Positions 21,179-30,945 of a stretch of DNA of 64,000 bases are shown one piece after another (position 1 is the stretch's first letter; each line of letters starts with the position of its first letter). The notes under the pieces are model-generated. The model was not told where the DNA came from. It made no database searches and worked only from the letters and a program-made list of their open reading frames with translations. The position numbers and the translations under genes were made by a program. The stretch is taken from positions 16,351 through 80,350 of IMG/VR virus record IMGVR_UViG_3300026521_000148; one strand, written 5' to 3'. The stretch is from a virus.

Positions 21179-21806
21179 CGTCGCTTTCAGCAAGTGCGCT
21201 ACTACTCACCAGTTCTCAGTATCTCTACATGAACTTCCCATCCATTACAGATGGATACAAGACTATATCTTATTCCTTATATAACTACACGAGTTATATA
21301 GGATCACCCCATTTCGTCTTTAAGGGGACAATACCCCACCACTTGGCGCTACTCTACTTTCTTTAACTACATATGTAGCCACAGGGTTACTACACTACCT
21401 GTGTGATTAACTAGATCTATCACTAGTCTAGTATAGATTTCGATAGTCGTTGAACTCACACACTCTAGTCATACTAGATCACTCTCGTGGTTTAAGGTGC
21501 TTCGCTGCGTCGATCGGAGTCTAATCAATAGGTTTTTACCATGCTAGTATTTCTATTACCGACACTAGTTACATAGTCTGTTTCCAGCTATGGGTGGTAC
21601 TATTAATATAACAACTCCTCCCCGCAATTAGAGGTGTATCAACTACCTTACGGTAGAGCTAATCATTACTGATTAGGGAGACCAATTAAATTATTTTTAT
21701 AGTATAACCATTCCGTTCCGAGTTTTTTTACCAATGTTTTTCTATCGATATTAAGGAACTTTGCAGCTTTTCTTAAACTAATCTCGTAAATACGGACTAT
21801 TTTTTA
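21179..21806 (-). mobile_element. Group I intron 3 of nvRNAP beta' (628 nt, no intact ORF)
   Basis: Exon ends in U; P1 GGAGAU|UAA pairs with UUGGUCUCC (21685-21677) giving U.G at the splice site; core motifs TTCAACGACTATCGAA and GATATAGTC; terminal G. Confidence 0.88.
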
Positions 21807-21818
21807 ATCTCCATCAAA
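21807..21818 (-). CDS. nvRNAP beta' exon 3: 12-nt micro-exon encoding FDGD
   Basis: Minus strand G|TTT GAT GGA GAT|TAA between two intron cores; supplies the missing catalytic residues. Confidence 0.85.
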
Positions 21819-23133
21819 CCCACTTCTCTCGAAGTGTGGACCATATCATGATCACTTACATACCCATAGAGTAATGTAGGACCCTCTCCGTTTCGCCATA
21901 TTAAAATACAGCTACTCTACTTTCTTTAATATCTTTATAAGATACCAACCAGTTATTACGTCATGGTTGTGATTAACTAAGTCTGTTACCAGCTTAGTAT
22001 AGATTTCGATGGCCTCTGAACACATACCATACCTCTATGAAGGTTAGGCACTTCGTTGCGTCGATTAAGATCTATTTAACAAGTTTTTACTATGCCCTTA
22101 GTTCCACTATTACGGCTAGGGTATCATAGTCTGTTTCCAGCTATGAGTAGTATTGCTAACATAACGATCTCTTCCCGCAGTTAGGAGAGTTTGCTTATAT
22201 AGTTACCTATATAAGGGACTTCTTATCTTAGTATTTAAAATAACAATTTTATTCCTAGAGTCGATATAGTATCTCTAACTAGGGTGTTGCCGGGTACATT
22301 ATATAATTTACCTATATAAACGAGTGAATTGGTCGCCACCATTTCACCATCTTTAATAAACCAATATTTACAAATATTAGTCAACTTTTTCTTTAACACT
22401 TCCTCTATATTGTCTATATCTAAATAATTCAACACAGCGAAAGCGTAACCATTCTCTTTAGCATATCTCTTTTTTACTATGTCACTAGCCTGTCGTTTCT
22501 TAAAACCATGTTCACCACCCCAGATTTTTACTGGAGTATAATGTTGGCCACTATGAAACTCTAATAACATATTTACTATAGGTATATAAAAATCATACCT
22601 ATATTGTTTACCATTTATAGATACCCTGAACTCACGTTTATATTCTATACCATACTTATCTAATATACTACTTATAGCTAATTCACCTGAGCTACCACCA
22701 CACTTAGGACACCCATGGCCACGTAATAATAACTGTGGTGTTGTATCGAACTCACCATGTATCGGACAACCTATGGTTATGTTAGTTCTATTGTTTTTAT
22801 AGTTAACTTTACTATAATCAAGTTTATTACCAAACTTCTCCCTAGCTTTCTTTATGAACCTTTCTGTATTCATTTTACTGTTACCTGAACATTCGCTACA
22901 CCCGAAGCCGTTTAAGTGGTCTCCTGGTCTTTGCTGGTAGTCACCATGTATCTTACATGTTATGGTTATTTTTGTGCTTCTGTTTTTGTATACTGCGTTA
23001 TCGTAAGTATAACGTCCGTTATGGACTTTAGTGGCTCTACCGATGAACTCCTCGGTAGTTAACTTTTTACCCATTCTATACCCCTGTTTGTTTGTTTTAT
23101 GCGTTGTTTTTTATTTATCTACTAAGAAATTTT
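21819..23133 (-). mobile_element. Group I intron 2 of nvRNAP beta' (1315 nt) with an endonuclease ORF in the P1 loop
   Basis: Exon 2 ends GGAU, pairing with GUCC after the ORF (U.G); UCUUAGUA/UACUAAGA extension; core variants TTCAGAGGCCATCGAA and GATATGGTCC; terminal G at 21819. Confidence 0.88.
22235..23074 (-). CDS. Intron-encoded homing endonuclease: zinc-ribbon repeats plus PD-(D/E)XK/Vsr-like nuclease
   Basis: Two ~65-aa repeats (Y....Y....K/N.TI.C.IHG.......L.G.GC..C) then YRYDFYIP..N.LLEF..GQH. Confidence 0.8.
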   Translation of the reverse strand: MGKKLTTEEFIGRATKVHNGRYTYDNAVYKNRSTKITITCKIHGDYQQRPGDHLNGFGCSECSGNSKMNTERFIKKAREKFGNKLDYSKVNYKNNRTNITIGCPIHGEFDTTPQLLLRGHGCPKCGGSSGELAISSILDKYGIEYKREFRVSINGKQYRYDFYIPIVNMLLEFHSGQHYTPVKIWGGEHGFKKRQASDIVKKRYAKENGYAFAVLNYLDIDNIEEVLKKKLTNICKYWFIKDGEMVATNSLVYIGKLYNVPGNTLVRDTISTLGIKLLF

Positions 23134-23247
23134 ATCCATATTATAAGCGCTAGCCACGAGAACGGATATAGAGACCGTTGTATCGTTAGCATCATGCTTA
23201 AATTTTGTTATATATAGTTTTTGTATGCTGCCTTGGAGCAACGAAGG
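23134..23247 (-). CDS. nvRNAP beta' exon 2 (38 codons)
   Basis: PSLLQGSIQKLYITKFKHDANDTTVSISVLVASAYNMD; joins NRN-PSL and NMD-FDGD; preceded by G, ends in T. Confidence 0.9.
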
Positions 23248-24933
23248 CTAGTTGCATACTATATTGTAACACATAAGTATTACAGTACGCAACACAGACT
23301 ATATCATATATATATAAATCTTATAGGTCTGCTTAACCTATTGTTAATCGATCGTCTCGACACCATATTTTTCCTCTAACGCCCTATTATTAAGAGACGC
23401 CATTACGCCAATAGTTAACCCTAACTCTTTAGCTAGCTCTACTCGACTATAGATATATCTATTATTAAGTTTGTACAACTTACCATCTATAGATTTACCA
23501 TGCTTACTAAGTATTAATTGTTTATTAGTATAAATATCCTTTAAAGGATAATCATCACATAATCTCGTAATGACATAACCACTAAATATACCAGCTCTAT
23601 TAAACTTCTTAGCAGCAGTTTCTACTTTAGCGCTTATAGTTCTAGGTTTAACATTTAGTTTATTAGCAAAGTCTGTGACAGCCTGATATTCAGTAATGGT
23701 ACCGTTAACTGGATCATAGACTCTGATACCATTACATATCTTTTTGATGGGTTTAGACCATATAGCTGTTCTATCGCGCTGTGCTCTCTCCTTATCTTCT
23801 AGATCTAAAGTTATCTTAGATGTATCTATAGGTTTATACGAGAACGTGTATCCGCCTATGTATTTAGTGTCTTGTTTTAATAGATCCTTACTAAACGATG
23901 TATGAACTATACCTGTGGCGAATGATGCGTGGTATAAGTTATTATATTCTTTTACCTCGCCTGCCATATGGTCTAGTACATATACGAGTCTATCTGAATC
24001 ACCAGTAAAATGTACTTTAGCAGTTATCTTATATCTACCGTTTATAGGATATTTACTAGATCTAGGTATATAAGCTATGAGGGTATCATTACTTATCTTC
24101 AGGTATTTACTAAGCTCTTCAAGACTGATGAAGTTCTTTTTAGTACCTTCTTTTATATCCTCTAAGATACATTTGAAGTTATCTTTGCGAAGGCCCTCTT
24201 TGAACGCATGTTTAACATTCTCCGAAGCAGATACCGCTTCTAAGTTAGATATATGGTTATTGTATTTATTACCATCTTTATGATTGATCTGGTATTTATG
24301 GCCATCCCGTAGTTTGATATCTTCTGGTTTACCGAAGGCGTTAATAACCATTACATGTATGCTGCGATTGAGTTTACCGCCATCATCTAGAGGCAGGTTA
24401 ATCCTCTCATAGCCTCTGTTAGATTTAAAGGTCTTTCTTATTTTACCTGTTAATGTATTAAGTACTTTACCAGTATTGGATATAAGATATCCTTTACAAT
24501 TCTCTATCTCCCTCCATTCCTCTTTCATTTTTTGTTTCCTTGTTGTTTTTAAGATTTATATATATCGTGGCGTTTCGATTTAAGGATCGCCTGATCCACT
24601 ATAGTATAACTATAGCCCTACTCTACTGGATTTAATACCATATGGTACCAGAGAATTTTATATCTCTGTCACTCCTCTTAAGATCACTCTTAAGACGCAT
24701 CGTTCGATAGTCGTTGAGCACATCCCATATACATAAGTACTTAGGGACTTCGCTGCGTCGATCGCTCCAGTGTATATCTTTTCACTATGCCTACTTATCC
24801 TTAATTACGGTGTAGGTGTCATACTACATTTCTGTGTATGAGTAGTAATATACGACTTATGGAGTTTCCCGCGATTAGCCACGTTCTTTAGACAGAGTTA
24901 TTAAGCAGCTAACTCTGAATGGAACCCTATTTG
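23248..24933 (-). mobile_element. Group I intron 1 of nvRNAP beta' (1686 nt) with an HNH ORF
   Basis: P1 GGAAU|C-loop-GGUUCC with U.G; core CTCAACGACTATCGAA near 24703-24718 and GATATAGTC near 23300; terminal G at 23248. Confidence 0.9.
23344..24528 (-). CDS. Intron-encoded NUMOD4-HNH homing endonuclease
   Basis: EEWREI...YLISNTGKV (NUMOD4); INHKDGNKYNNHISNLE.V...EN.KHA (HNH); C-terminal NUMOD1-like helices. Confidence 0.9.
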   Translation of the reverse strand: MKEEWREIENCKGYLISNTGKVLNTLTGKIRKTFKSNRGYERINLPLDDGGKLNRSIHVMVINAFGKPEDIKLRDGHKYQINHKDGNKYNNHISNLEAVSASENVKHAFKEGLRKDNFKCILEDIKEGTKKNFISLEELSKYLKISNDTLIAYIPRSSKYPINGRYKITAKVHFTGDSDRLVYVLDHMAGEVKEYNNLYHASFATGIVHTSFSKDLLKQDTKYIGGYTFSYKPIDTSKITLDLEDKERAQRDRTAIWSKPIKKICNGIRVYDPVNGTITEYQAVTDFANKLNVKPRTISAKVETAAKKFNRAGIFSGYVITRLCDDYPLKDIYTNKQLILSKHGKSIDGKLYKLNNRYIYSRVELAKELGLTIGVMASLNNRALEEKYGVETID

Positions 24934-26028
24934 ATTCCTGTTACCCAATACAGCGATACCTTTACCTTTAGCTTCACGTATTAGTTCATCACCTATATCT
25001 GCTATCTCTTGGTCGAACATAAGAGTAGCGTTAAACACCTTAGCAGATGCTTGTTTATAAGTATAACCTCTTCTTTTAAGTTTGTTAAGAACATGCGGTC
25101 TAAATGTTGTTGTTAGTATGGACCATGGGACATGTATAGTGTCATAATCATATTCCCTACCTAATGAAGAAACAACACATCTAAATGTAAAATGAGCTCT
25201 TGTACCATAAATATTCTTACGGATAAGACCGCCTTTTCTAGACACGAGATCTTTAACATAGTTAGTAAATAACTCTGCTGATTTACTTATGATCTTAGCT
25301 GTGTTAGTTTCTAACCGTTTATTTGTCATAGTGATATCGTTAGACGTATTGATAGCTAATAATGCTAAGTCTATGATATCAGATAGTAAAACAGATGTGT
25401 AGTTACCCTTATTAGTTGTTTCCATAACAAACAACTTTTTGTTAATAAGAGGTATGTGGTCTGAAAAGATTTTATCATGATCTTCTCTATATAACTTAAG
25501 TAATGCATCTAGCTTAACTTGTTTAGTTAATGTTTTATAATATGCATTATTCTTAAGAAATATGATGATCTTCTCTAAATTGTTAACAACATTAAGATAA
25601 CTTCTACCGCCTATGATCTCTTTTAAAGATAATAGAACTATCGGTATAGATGGTGGGTTATAAGTTGTGTCTGATAACCATCTTAAACCATCTACTTTAG
25701 TATTAATAGTTCTCGATAAATCAGCCCAAAACTTAGGGTTAATAAATACCAACTCTTTTCTAAACTTCTCTACCCACAATATAGGCTCCACTGAGTCGAA
25801 TACGTTAACAACAGTTGTGTCGCATCTAGGACATGTTCTACCCAACAGGTAGGCTTTCTTATAATAACCGCACTCACACTGAGGTATCATAGAGATCTCA
25901 TCGTCATACGTTGTATAGATAAGATCTTTGATATTATCAGTACTGAGTGAAATATCATTAAGTAATAGTTTCCTATTAACCCTTTGATATAAGTCATCTA
26001 GTTGTATATAACTTTGTACAATAGCCAT
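24934..26028 (-). CDS. nvRNAP beta' subunit (phiKZ gp55-like), exon 1 (365 codons)
   Basis: CECG...CPRC zinc site, KGGLIRKNIYGTRAHFTFRCVV, ends GNRN; spliced product 477 aa. Confidence 0.9.
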
Positions 26029-26051
26029 ATAGAACTCCTTTAAAAAATGTA

Positions 26052-26080
26052 TTTAGTGACTAGCACTATATTAATAATAT
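26052..26080 (-). promoter_or_regulatory. Putative early promoter upstream of nvRNAP beta'
   Basis: Minus strand ATATTATTAATATAGTGCTAGTCACTAA (variant hairpin). Confidence 0.6.
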
Positions 26081-26109
26081 GGTTATGAAAAAAAATAGAA
26101 AGGAAATAC

Positions 26110-26137
26110 AACAGTAGGAGCTGACGCTCCTACTGTT
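26110..26137 (-). terminator. Hairpin terminator
   Basis: AACAGTAGGAGC-TGAC-GCTCCTACTGTT with T-rich tail on the minus strand. Confidence 0.7.
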
Positions 26138-26627
26138 ATTTTATTTCATATACATAAAGACTTATCTCTTTTATAGCGAATATACTTTTCTTACGATAAT
26201 CTATAAGAACCAAGTTATCTCTCAAGCTCTCTATTTTTAAACAATCGTCTAATTTTACTAATATAGTCTTAGGTGATATGTAACTTTCATTTGTTGTGAA
26301 TTTTACGCCACTAGTTAACTTTAACAATAACTCCTCTATCCGTTCCTCTTTTTCTTTACTAGATATAGTTATTATATAACCACCAGTTGCTTCGTCTGAT
26401 GCCCTTATTGTATAAATAAGATCCAATAAATCTAAGTTAGCAAATAGAACTTTAGCCACTTTGTTAATAGGTTTTATATCTCCTGTATGAGAAACTTCTA
26501 TTTTAATTTCATCGTTAAGATAAAACTTTAATAACCTCTGGTGCATTAACATTACTTTAAGCATATTAGTTACATTAAAGATATTAACTAAATCAAATTT
26601 ACTACCTTTTGCGAATAACATATCCAT
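26136..26627 (-). CDS. Hypothetical protein
   Basis: 163 aa, AAGGA RBS. Confidence 0.7.
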   Translation of the reverse strand: MDMLFAKGSKFDLVNIFNVTNMLKVMLMHQRLLKFYLNDEIKIEVSHTGDIKPINKVAKVLFANLDLLDLIYTIRASDEATGGYIITISSKEKEERIEELLLKLTSGVKFTTNESYISPKTILVKLDDCLKIESLRDNLVLIDYRKKSIFAIKEISLYVYEIK

Positions 26628-26639
26628 CTTATATCCTTT

Positions 26640-27668
26640 TTATTGTCTCTCTATCTTACACACAACCGTTATCTTATTAATCTCGAATGTTATAGTCTCC
26701 TCATCAGTAGACTTGATGCATTTTTTATCTAGTATGATATTCTTACTATCACTTCTAAATGAGCCTGGATGCTGGTTGGCTTTTTCGTCTTTACTCATTA
26801 CTTTAGCTACATTAAGATATAGATTACCATGCTTCTCTAGATTATCTAGCGGTAAACTATTTGGTGATGAATTAAGTATATCATAACTATCACCTGTTTC
26901 ACTATCCATAGCCATAAATGGAACAACGACTTTCTTACCGGACATATCTTCTATGTTCAATAACTCAATAAGTTCTTCGAACTCCATATCTGGATTATAA
27001 AGATGTTCCTCTACAATAGCTATAAGGTGGTCGAACTGGAATGTTATAATAGAATTATACGCATCTAAGAAATCCTTATAGAACTTACCAGATACGTTTT
27101 TCTCACTACAGTATTCCTCTACAACCTTTATAGGTAACTTATTAAAGTGTAAACTATACTTAACTCTACCAGGTCTGTTACGTATAAACTCAGATACCCT
27201 TCTCGGTTCATTTTCTGTTATAAGTATGACGCGCTCTTTACCAGATATATTACTAAGGACAGTCAACATCTTATCCTGTTGCTGAATAGAGAAGTTTTTA
27301 CCAAACTCATCGAAGAATAACACAACACTATCTAATTCATCTAGGAATCTTAATAGATTAGTAGAAAACGACACATTAGTTATTTCTACAACTTGCATCC
27401 CGTGCTGTATGGCTCTGTTGCAGAGTGTTGCTGATATAACTGTTTTACCAGAACCTTTTTGTCCAGTTAATAATAATCCACCCGTATAAGACATTCTTTC
27501 AAAACTATTCCAGTAGAACTCTACATATTTATCCATACCACCATAAAGTTTACTTGGTACTTTATAGTTAAGCTCCTTCCTTTCTAAGTAGTATTCTTTT
27601 GTCTTAGGGTTCTCTCTTACTTCGAATACACCTGGGTAAGTTAATGATCTATAGAACATAGTTATCAT
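26640..27668 (-). CDS. AAA+ ATPase
   Basis: Walker A GQKGSGKT, Walker B LFFDE, RPGR arginine finger. Confidence 0.85.
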   Translation of the reverse strand: MITMFYRSLTYPGVFEVRENPKTKEYYLERKELNYKVPSKLYGGMDKYVEFYWNSFERMSYTGGLLLTGQKGSGKTVISATLCNRAIQHGMQVVEITNVSFSTNLLRFLDELDSVVLFFDEFGKNFSIQQQDKMLTVLSNISGKERVILITENEPRRVSEFIRNRPGRVKYSLHFNKLPIKVVEEYCSEKNVSGKFYKDFLDAYNSIITFQFDHLIAIVEEHLYNPDMEFEELIELLNIEDMSGKKVVVPFMAMDSETGDSYDILNSSPNSLPLDNLEKHGNLYLNVAKVMSKDEKANQHPGSFRSDSKNIILDKKCIKSTDEETITFEINKITVVCKIERQ

Positions 27669-27960
27669 CCTCAGCTATAAGCTTAAGAACTCTCAGGTGT
27701 CTATCAGTCATATCGAAACCTTCTCTAGGCATGATCGTTAGGTATATCGTTTCATCATCTATATCTGCTATACCTATAGGTAATACAGGTTTACTATAAT
27801 TTTCTGTTATGAAAACAGATAGATTAAACTTCTCTATACATCTTTGTATAGCGTGTTCATCATCTTTAACGATTCCTATATAGGAATCATCTATAACCTT
27901 AACCCCATTACCGACATTGGATAATATATCAGCGATATTATATAGAATATCTTTATCCAT
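27649..27960 (-). CDS. Hypothetical protein
   Basis: Start moved to MDKDIL, which follows AAGGAG. Confidence 0.65.
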   Translation of the reverse strand: MDKDILYNIADILSNVGNGVKVIDDSYIGIVKDDEHAIQRCIEKFNLSVFITENYSKPVLPIGIADIDDETIYLTIMPREGFDMTDRHLRVLKLIAEDDNYVL

Positions 27961-27984
27961 ATCCAACTCCTTCATATATTTAAA

Positions 27985-28013
27985 ATTAGTACATTGTACT
28001 ATATTAATAATAT
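27985..28013 (-). promoter_or_regulatory. Putative early promoter with 5' hairpin
   Basis: Minus strand ATATTATTAATATAGTACAATGTACTAAT. Confidence 0.7.
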
Positions 28014-28038
28014 GGTTATGAAATTTTATAGAAACAAG

Positions 28039-28641
28039 TTACTTTATTTTATCTATAAGTAGTTTAGCCTTAGTCTTATAATACTCTAATGTTTTTTGAC
28101 ATGCTGCTAGTCTACCAGTACATGTTATGTTATTTGTAACATTTTTTAATCTGTCCTTCTCTTTAATATCAGCATCTTCATAACTTAGTAAATAATCCCC
28201 AGAAACATCTTCAACACTACTAGTACATTTTAACCCTGTATAAGCACTAACTTGGTCAGCTACTTCCTGTGCTATAAACTCAACATCCATTTCATCTCTA
28301 ACATAACCTAAGTTAACTAGTATAACTCTTTGTTTATAAATAATACCAGTAGCTTCCGGCATATTTACTATATATCTAGATGGTATATAGAATAATTGCT
28401 CAGCTTCAGTGATTAACGTTACTATAGGTATATCGTTTATATAATCATTTTCGTAATCTTCTATAGTAAGACCTTGGTTAATATATATGATAGTTTTAAC
28501 ATCAATATCATCTTTAACTAATTTCTTTATAGATTCTATACCGAAAACTTTATAAGTTATATTTGGGTTTAGTATAGCGCTTAATGGTTCTTGTAATGTG
28601 AACGTCCCTTTTAATCCTATGGGCGGTAATAATGGTTGCAT
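28039..28641 (-). CDS. Conserved jumbo-phage hypothetical protein
   Basis: 200 aa, AAGGAG RBS; PPIG.KG.F.L..P start recalled from phiKZ-like phages. Confidence 0.65.
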   Translation of the reverse strand: MQPLLPPIGLKGTFTLQEPLSAILNPNITYKVFGIESIKKLVKDDIDVKTIIYINQGLTIEDYENDYINDIPIVTLITEAEQLFYIPSRYIVNMPEATGIIYKQRVILVNLGYVRDEMDVEFIAQEVADQVSAYTGLKCTSSVEDVSGDYLLSYEDADIKEKDRLKNVTNNITCTGRLAACQKTLEYYKTKAKLLIDKIK

Positions 28642-28677
28642 GATAACTCCTTATTTTTAATCAAGAAAAAGAAAAAT

Positions 28678-28703
28678 AGTAGTTAGGATATATCCTAACT
28701 ACT
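28678..28703 (-). terminator. Palindromic terminator
   Basis: AGTAGTTAGGATA|TATCCTAACTACT with T-tract on the minus strand. Confidence 0.7.
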
Positions 28704-29277
28704 TTAATATTTTAGACTCAGTAAATTCATTATGTAATGGTTTCCCAATAACTCTAACATGTAGAACATTAATGCCTTCATAGTTAAATAGTTTTATGAC
28801 GTCATCACTACCGTACCCAACAGCATAATATAACTCGTCACCATCGTCAACTTCATAAATACTTAATTTAGTATTTTCTTTTGTTAAGTTAAATTCATCC
28901 AACCATTTATTGTTTGTTACCTTTGGTTTACCACATAATAAACCAAATGCATCTATAATTATACCTAAGTACCTTTCAACTGTTACAATGTATTCATCTA
29001 TACTTTTTATAACTGTTTTTCTTATAGTGTATTTTCCTCTATAACTAATGTTAAGTTTAACTACAACAGAACCATTCTTTTTCTTATAGACATTTATAGA
29101 CTTAAAACCAGTGTTAGTTCTAGACGTATAAAGATACTGCTCATCCCTATACTTCACAGCTTCTTCATAATTATCAAAAGTTATCTCTTCTTCTCTACCG
29201 TCATACATTTTAGTAACAACTATAACACCATTTTTAGCACTTATATTCATTTCTCCTAAATCATAAATCTTTTCCAT
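28699..29277 (-). CDS. Putative DNA-binding protein with AP2-like segments
   Basis: EEAVKYRD...NTGFKSI pattern; paralog-like to 55161..55790; start at MEKIYD after AAGGAAG. Confidence 0.4.
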   Translation of the reverse strand: MEKIYDLGEMNISAKNGVIVVTKMYDGREEEITFDNYEEAVKYRDEQYLYTSRTNTGFKSINVYKKKNGSVVVKLNISYRGKYTIRKTVIKSIDEYIVTVERYLGIIIDAFGLLCGKPKVTNNKWLDEFNLTKENTKLSIYEVDDGDELYYAVGYGSDDVIKLFNYEGINVLHVRVIGKPLHNEFTESKILK

Positions 29278-29299
29278 GACAACTTCCTTAAATAAATTT

Positions 29300-29332
29300 A
29301 TTAGTATATACATACTATATTAATAATATATA
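29300..29332 (-). promoter_or_regulatory. Putative early promoter with 5' hairpin
   Basis: Minus strand TATATTATTAATATAGTATGTATATACTAAT. Confidence 0.7.
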
Positions 29333-29410
29333 AGTGATTACAGGTAGATAATATACTATCTATTAAAATACTCATTGGGCTACTTTCATGAATAGAATAA
29401 AAAAGGACAT

Positions 29411-30853
29411 ATGATGGATAATATAGAAGAGAATGATAATATTGTAGTAGCTTTTGTTTATTGTGATGGTAGTGCTGGGCCGACTAATCCCGGACCAACA
29501 GGTTATGGGGTACATATAACGATAGCTGATTCTAAAACTAAACCTAAGAATGTATTAGGTAAATACAAGTTAACACCTGACGGATATAAAACAACAGTTG
29601 ATTTTAAATTAAGAGATGACAAAACATTACTAGGGTTACTTCATTGTGTGGAGTTATATGGTTATACTGATGATACGAGTACAACTAACAATACAGCAGA
29701 ATTAGATGCCGTTATCGAGTCTATAAGTAAAATAAAACATATAGAAAAGACTATAGATATGAAAATAGATAAGTTAGATTTTAAATGCGACTCCACTTAC
29801 GTCCTTAACGCTGCTAATAAGATTCTAAATAACGAAATGGATTTAGAAAATGTAGTTGCTAATGCTGATAGAATAAAGAAACTATCTGAATCTATACATA
29901 GTATAAAAAATGATTATGTTGTTTCTTTTAAAAAGGTTAATGCGCATACTGATGATCTAGGTAATAATAGAGCAGATATGTTAGCTAACATGGGTAGGAT
30001 GTTACGTAAAAAACCGAATAGAGCTAATTTTAATATTTATATAGGGGATAGTGATTTCTGGAAGGATCCTGTAGTAGATGCAGATCTATACCACTTTAAA
30101 CAATTATTTAGTTTCTATCCTGATGTAGTTACTGCTGATAGAAGTTATTATGGTCTTAATTATAAGAAAGAATCTGAGATAGGTAAGAAGATGAGTTATG
30201 TTAGTTACACTATATTAAAAACAAAAGAAACCAATAAAGTTATTTTTGATACTATAAAAACTATTAGGGATGTATTAGGGGAGTCTTATGTACCGTATAT
30301 AATAAGACTTAAAGAATTACTTAATAAAAATATATTAAGAGATTATCTTAGATATAAAGACGATTACTTAATATTAAGTAATAATAAGTATCTAACTATT
30401 AAAACTATACAGGGTGAAGAAGTTGCTAGGGAGTTATATCCGGCTGGGTTAAGTAACATAGTGCAAGATAAGTTTTTAGATTACGAAAAAGAGTTACATG
30501 AGTATTTTAAAGATGATAAAGTATTACCTATAGATTATATAGATATAACTGATATGTTGTATACTAAAGATGCTAAAGGTAAGAACATACTTAAGAAAGA
30601 TATAAAGAATGATAAGTTTATAATAAAAACAAGTTATGAGAAAACTAAGATAAATCTGGTTATGAAATATGACCTACCTCCTAGAAATACATTACGTAGA
30701 TTAGAGAGTAAAGATCCTAAGGCTATATTAATGGTTACTGATAAGGGTGGTATGATAGAATATAAGATACTCATACTCCTTAATAATGATGATGTTATCT
30801 TAACAGTTAATGCATATAGTAATAAACTTATAAAAAAGAAAACTAAAAAGTAG
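29411..30853 (+). CDS. rnhA: RNase HI with C-terminal extension (phiKZ-like)
   Basis: YCDGSA, TNNTAEL, CDSTYV, KVNAH...GNNRADMLA. Confidence 0.88.
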   Translation: MMDNIEENDNIVVAFVYCDGSAGPTNPGPTGYGVHITIADSKTKPKNVLGKYKLTPDGYKTTVDFKLRDDKTLLGLLHCVELYGYTDDTSTTNNTAELDAVIESISKIKHIEKTIDMKIDKLDFKCDSTYVLNAANKILNNEMDLENVVANADRIKKLSESIHSIKNDYVVSFKKVNAHTDDLGNNRADMLANMGRMLRKKPNRANFNIYIGDSDFWKDPVVDADLYHFKQLFSFYPDVVTADRSYYGLNYKKESEIGKKMSYVSYTILKTKETNKVIFDTIKTIRDVLGESYVPYIIRLKELLNKNILRDYLRYKDDYLILSNNKYLTIKTIQGEEVARELYPAGLSNIVQDKFLDYEKELHEYFKDDKVLPIDYIDITDMLYTKDAKGKNILKKDIKNDKFIIKTSYEKTKINLVMKYDLPPRNTLRRLESKDPKAILMVTDKGGMIEYKILILLNNDDVILTVNAYSNKLIKKKTKK

Positions 30854-30876
30854 TATATGGGATCACCCATATACTA
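30851..30876 (+). terminator. Hairpin terminator
   Basis: TAGTATATGGG-ATCA-CCCATATACTA starting at the stop codon. Confidence 0.7.
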
Positions 30877-30945
30877 TATATCCTCTTTTCATTTTGTTGC
30901 TAATTTATTCGGTATCTCTATTGAATTTTATTTAAAGGAGTTACT

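Noticed and set aside
21179-21193. Start MLKAT of ORF 20966..21193
   Set aside because: Intron 3 sequence; the exon begins at 21178
24901-24933. C-terminal QIGFHSELAA of the 375-aa ORF
   Set aside because: Read-through into intron 1; it forms the P1 helix and interrupts the NRN-PSL motif
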